64,000 nucleotides of DNA from an uncultured Actinomycetes bacterium (GTDB lineage: Bacteria; Actinomycetota; Thermoleophilia; RBG-16-64-13): positions 704,001-768,000 of the forward strand of contig CAWJDT010000001.1 in the NCBI GenBank assembly GCA_963841735.1, given 5' to 3'. Both the position numbers and the translations under genes were made by a program. Under the pieces are notes generated by a model. The model worked only from the letters and a program-made list of their open reading frames with translations, ran no database searches and was not told the origin of the DNA. Below, one piece after another: positions 60,269 through 64,000 of this stretch (positions are counted from its first letter, which is position 1; each line of letters opens with the position of its first letter).

Positions 60269-61621
60269 ATGCCCGAGCATGATCTGTTCCACTCCGGCCT
60301 GATGGCCGATCTCTCCGAGAACGCGCCGCTGGCGGCGCGCATGCGGCCGCGGCGTATAGGCGAGGTGGTGGGGCAGTCCCAACTGCTGGCGGAGGGGGCG
60401 TCGCTTCGGGTGGCCATTGAGACCGGCACCGTCGGCTCGATGATCTTCTTCGGGCCCCCCGGCACGGGCAAGACCACGGTGGCGCGCCTGGTGGCCGCCG
60501 AGACCGGGTCGGCGTACGAGGAACTCTCCGCCGTCAGCTCTGGGGTGGCTGAGGTTCGTAAGGTGATCGAGGGAGCTCGGGACCGGCGTGCGCAGACCGG
60601 CCGGCGCACGGTGCTCTTCATTGATGAGATCCACCGCTTCTCGAAGGCTCAGCAGGACGCGCTCCTTCATGCCGTTGAGGACGGAATCATCAATCTGATC
60701 GGCGCCTCCACCGAAAACCCCTACTTCGAGGTCATCCCGGCCCTGATCTCCCGGTGCGAGTTGTATCAGTTCCAGCCGCTGTCGTCCGCCGACATCTGCG
60801 TCTTGCTGGAGCGGGCTCTGGCGGCGGGCGCGGGCGCCGCGACGGGCTCTGCGGGGATCACAGTCGATGACGCAGCGTTGGCCTTGATAGCCGAAGGGGC
60901 TCTGGGGGACGCCAGGCGGGCCTTTGGCATCCTGGAGCGTGGATTGGTACTGGCTCGGGCGAAGGGCGGGGCTCGGCTGGATGAAGTCACCATCCAGGAA
61001 GCCGCTCAGAAGAAGCTGGTTCTCTACGACAAGGACGCCGACGCTCACTACGACGTGATCTCGGCCTTCATCAAGAGCCTGCGGGGTTCCGATCCCGACG
61101 CCGCCCTCTACTACCTGGCCGTGATGCTTACAGGCGGTGAAGACCCCAAGTTCATCGTTCGACGCCTCATCATCTTCGCCTCGGAGGACATCGGCAACGC
61201 CGATCCACGAGCCCTTGATGTGGCGGTGGCGGTGTCGCGCGCAGTGGAGTTCGTGGGTCTTCCCGAGTGTCGTATCAACCTGGCTCAGGGGGTCACATAT
61301 CTCGCGTGCGCGCCCAAGTCGAACGCCTCGTACGCCGGAATCACTGCGGCTCTGAGCGAGGTGGAGGAGCACGGTGCCCAGGCGCCCCCTGTCTTTCTGC
61401 GTAGCACGGGCTACTCGGGGGCCAAGAGCTTGGGGCATGGCGTGGGGTATGACTACCCCCACGACCAAGGGGGGTACGGTCCACAGCGCTATCTGCCCGA
61501 GGGGGTTGCCGACAGGGAGTTCTACCGGCCGACGGATCAAGGATTCGAGGGACGCATCAGTGAGTTCCTAGGTCGGATGCGCAGGCTCCGGCGAGATGGC
61601 GAGCGGGCTCCAGATTCCTGA
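60269..61621 (+). CDS. rarA: Replication-associated recombination protein A
   Basis: PLAARMRP, GPPGTGKTT, DEIHRF, SAFIKSLRGSDPDAA, ASEDIGNADP. Confidence 0.95.
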   Translation: MPEHDLFHSGLMADLSENAPLAARMRPRRIGEVVGQSQLLAEGASLRVAIETGTVGSMIFFGPPGTGKTTVARLVAAETGSAYEELSAVSSGVAEVRKVIEGARDRRAQTGRRTVLFIDEIHRFSKAQQDALLHAVEDGIINLIGASTENPYFEVIPALISRCELYQFQPLSSADICVLLERALAAGAGAATGSAGITVDDAALALIAEGALGDARRAFGILERGLVLARAKGGARLDEVTIQEAAQKKLVLYDKDADAHYDVISAFIKSLRGSDPDAALYYLAVMLTGGEDPKFIVRRLIIFASEDIGNADPRALDVAVAVSRAVEFVGLPECRINLAQGVTYLACAPKSNASYAGITAALSEVEEHGAQAPPVFLRSTGYSGAKSLGHGVGYDYPHDQGGYGPQRYLPEGVADREFYRPTDQGFEGRISEFLGRMRRLRRDGERAPDS

Positions 61622-61628
61622 GCCGAAA

Positions 61629-61655
61629 TCAAGGTTCGGGCACTCCCGCCGATAC
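61629..61655 (+). promoter_or_regulatory. Putative sigma-28-type promoter
   Basis: TCAA-N15-GCCGATAC immediately after the rarA stop. Confidence 0.55.
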
Positions 61656-61789
61656 TAACTTCATAGTGACCGAGCCTGCCGCCGCCCAATCGATGGCGGA
61701 GACGGGCAGGAAGCTCGTAGATGGGGGTAGAATTAGTCTGTTGCGGCTACTCTAGCCGCGAGAGAAAGGTGCTAAGGAAGGGAATCGCG

Positions 61790-63538
61790 ATGGATAGCAC
61801 GGCAAGATTCCTCCTGGGGGGAGCACTGGGCGCTGCCCTGGGATTCTTAATATCGCAAAAGAGCCTGGAGAAGGTTCTAAAAGGTACGCAGTCTGCCGGG
61901 GCTCCGACTGTGTTCGGAGGCGGCTCGGGTGCGGCACCGGCCTCAGCACCCGTGACCCCAGAGAGCGTGTTCCGCGCAGTGGCCGCGCCGGTGATAGCGG
62001 CACCTGTTGTTCCGTCCAGACCGGCAGCTGTTCCGGACACGCCGCCGGAGGCTCCAAGTAGGCCCGCGCCTCCAGCACCATGGGTCACGCCGACCCCTAC
62101 TGCCGCCGATACGGCGGCTGAGGCTCCGGTCGCAGGCGAGCCCGCGTGGAGGATCTCCCCCGCGCCGTCGCTCGCTCCCGCTCCCGCGGCCGACCGGGTC
62201 GCCCCGCCGGTCGCTCCCGTGCCACCTATCACCCCTGTGCGCCCTGTCGCTCCCGGGCCCGAATGGGAGCCAGAACCGTCCTATCCTGAGGTATCGCGTC
62301 AGTCGGAGGTCATAGTCACGCGCAGATTCCTCGATGAACCCGTTCCGGGCTCTGGCTGGGGATCCGAGGGGACACCGGCCGTCTCGGAGGAAGGAATCGA
62401 AGACATAGTGCCTTCGGTCTCCGACGTGGTTCTCCCCTACGCGGGACCGGAGATCGAAAGCCTCGCTACTGATGCCAGAGCGAGCCGGCCTAAACTCGTG
62501 TGGCTCGACCCCGCGGGCGAAGCGGCAATCGAGGATCTGTCGACGGTGGCCGAGCCACTGGTAGACGCGCCCGAGGATCTTGTCGCGGAAGTAGCGAAGG
62601 ATCTGATCGCGGAAATGCCGGAGGCACTGGTCGTAGATCTCTCCACCAGCGAAGAAGTCGCATTGAACGATGAAGCTGGGACTGACAACCTGGTCGCCGA
62701 GATCAGCGGGCCCGGGACCACCGAAATCGAGGCGATAGTCAAGAGCACGCCGTTCCCGCGTGGCGGGGCGGGATCACCCGTGGATGAGGAACTGGGGGGT
62801 GAAGGACTGGTCAGTCAGCCCGCGGAGCCTGAACTGGTGTTTCTTGACGATGAAGGCGATGCGGGATCCTTTGAGATGGAAGCGCTGGCCGACACCGCTC
62901 CAGTGGACCCGATGGCTGTTGAGCTGCCTGTGGTTGACGAACCGCTGGAGCTGCCGGTGGAAGAGCTGGAGATCGAGGAGCTGTCCTCCGAAGAGGCGCC
63001 GATCGAGGAGCTGGAGATCGAGGAAACGCTCATCGTAGAGGCCGCGCCGGTTGTCAGCGATGAGCCACCCGCGGGTATCGCGCGCGTTGACGATTTGAAG
63101 TCGCGCATCGAGGAGACGCGCAGGCGCATCCGCCGAGAACTTGAGCAGCCCTTTGACACCGAAGAAGAGGTCCAGGCGGACGAACCCGACTGGACGGTGC
63201 TGCCTGTTGTGCCCGTGGCCACGGTGTCCGCCGACGTGACTCCAGTCGCCGGCGAACTGGAGGCTCCGGCCGTCGAGGCTGAGGTCGAGGTCCCGGAGGT
63301 CGAGGTCATATACCCGGATGAGCCCGAGGAACCCGTAGACTACGAGTCGATGAAGAGTCGCATCGAGCAGACCCGCAGCCGGCTCAAGGCGAAAGCCTTC
63401 GACGCGATGATGACCGGCGAATCGGCCCTGCTGGGGCGCGACGCCGAGGGTTCCGATCGCAACCGGAATGCACCACCGCCGGTTGACATCGAGGTCGACG
63501 AGACCATCGAGACGAGCCTACGCGAGGAAGAGGAATAG
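61790..63538 (+). CDS. Large Pro/Glu-rich disordered protein with N-terminal membrane anchor
   Basis: FLLGGALGAALGFLI; two helical repeats KSRIEETRRRI / KSRIEQTRSRL. Confidence 0.7.
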   Translation: MDSTARFLLGGALGAALGFLISQKSLEKVLKGTQSAGAPTVFGGGSGAAPASAPVTPESVFRAVAAPVIAAPVVPSRPAAVPDTPPEAPSRPAPPAPWVTPTPTAADTAAEAPVAGEPAWRISPAPSLAPAPAADRVAPPVAPVPPITPVRPVAPGPEWEPEPSYPEVSRQSEVIVTRRFLDEPVPGSGWGSEGTPAVSEEGIEDIVPSVSDVVLPYAGPEIESLATDARASRPKLVWLDPAGEAAIEDLSTVAEPLVDAPEDLVAEVAKDLIAEMPEALVVDLSTSEEVALNDEAGTDNLVAEISGPGTTEIEAIVKSTPFPRGGAGSPVDEELGGEGLVSQPAEPELVFLDDEGDAGSFEMEALADTAPVDPMAVELPVVDEPLELPVEELEIEELSSEEAPIEELEIEETLIVEAAPVVSDEPPAGIARVDDLKSRIEETRRRIRRELEQPFDTEEEVQADEPDWTVLPVVPVATVSADVTPVAGELEAPAVEAEVEVPEVEVIYPDEPEEPVDYESMKSRIEQTRSRLKAKAFDAMMTGESALLGRDAEGSDRNRNAPPPVDIEVDETIETSLREEEE

Positions 63539-63551
63539 CAGGCTGCCGGTC

Positions 63552-64000
63552 CTAGTGGCCGCCTGGACCGGGCTCGTCTTCGCCGGGGGGAAGGAAGTCT
63601 TCCTCTTGGTGGGCTGCGCGGGGCACGTGTAGTGGCCTGCGGAATAGGTTGCGTAGATCGGTCCAGCCCGCGTCCCGCGATCCTTCCACGATCTCTAGGA
63701 ACCCTTTGACCTTGGCATCCAGATTGTCCACGTGGTGAAGGATCAGCGCTTCGATAGTCGCGGGACGCTTGGGTGAGCCCCACTCCAGCTCTCCGTGGTG
63801 GCTGACGATGCAGTGGAGCAGGAGCTGCAGCTTGTTCTCGGGAAACGGCGACAACTCCCTTGCCTTGTCGGACACCATGGTGACTCCTTGGATGACGTGT
63901 CCCAAGAACCGACCCGCGTCGGTGAAGTCGATGGTGGTTTCAAAAGCCAGCTCCCGAATCTTGCCTACGTCGTGCAGAAGTGCAGCCGTGAGCAGCAGGT
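63552..64000 (-). CDS. yhaM: HD-domain 3'-5' exoribonuclease YhaM-like (5' part outside window)
   Basis: ALLHDVGKIREL, GRFLGH, SHHGELEWGSP, LHHVDNLDAK. Confidence 0.85.
   Translation of the reverse strand, partial: LLLTAALLHDVGKIRELAFETTIDFTDAGRFLGHVIQGVTMVSDKARELSPFPENKLQLLLHCIVSHHGELEWGSPKRPATIEALILHHVDNLDAKVKGFLEIVEGSRDAGWTDLRNLFRRPLHVPRAAHQEEDFLPPGEDEPGPGGH

Noticed and set aside
60035-61540. Long antisense ORFs (for example 501 aa opposite rarA, 537 aa at 44985-46598)
   Set aside because: Shadow ORFs expected in GC-rich DNA; they overlap well-supported genes and show no motifs

Overview
GC-rich bacterial chromosomal segment. Gene content suggests an anaerobic Actinomycetota lineage, probably Thermoleophilia-like (inference). 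Many housekeeping genes carry single-base indels, most likely uncorrected long-read errors. From start to end: a GT4-GH57-GH57 alpha-glucan locus, trpB2, trpS, a two-subunit fumarase plus sdhCDAB operon, a DUF2089/ABC envelope module, a CWB2-L,D-transpeptidase, recQ, then a ~9 kb accessory tract (four toxin-antitoxin pairs, ORF6N, a PD-(D/E)xK-like nuclease). After that come a PilB/GspE ATPase, a PLP decarboxylase, lgt, a GpgS-HAD fusion, an FAD/Fe-S oxidoreductase, corA, moeA, a DEDDh-GIY-YIG fusion, fabZHDGF-accDA, rarA and partial yhaM. No rRNA, tRNA, CRISPR array or transposase was recognised. Signals not visible in the ORF track: (1) two UGA-recoded selenoprotein candidates, a lipoprotein MsrA (GUFWG) and an FmdB-type zinc ribbon ending FG-U-G in an ArsR-ferredoxin operon, each with a SECIS-like hairpin whose loop starts 19 nt after the UGA; (2) sigma-28-type promoters before an orphan FlgM-like gene and a PopZ-like acidic disordered protein, with no flagellar genes in the window; (3) a structured, terminated ~110-nt leader RNA before a small HTH-like gene; (4) twin 27-bp palindromes with inverted cores inside the ORF6N gene.
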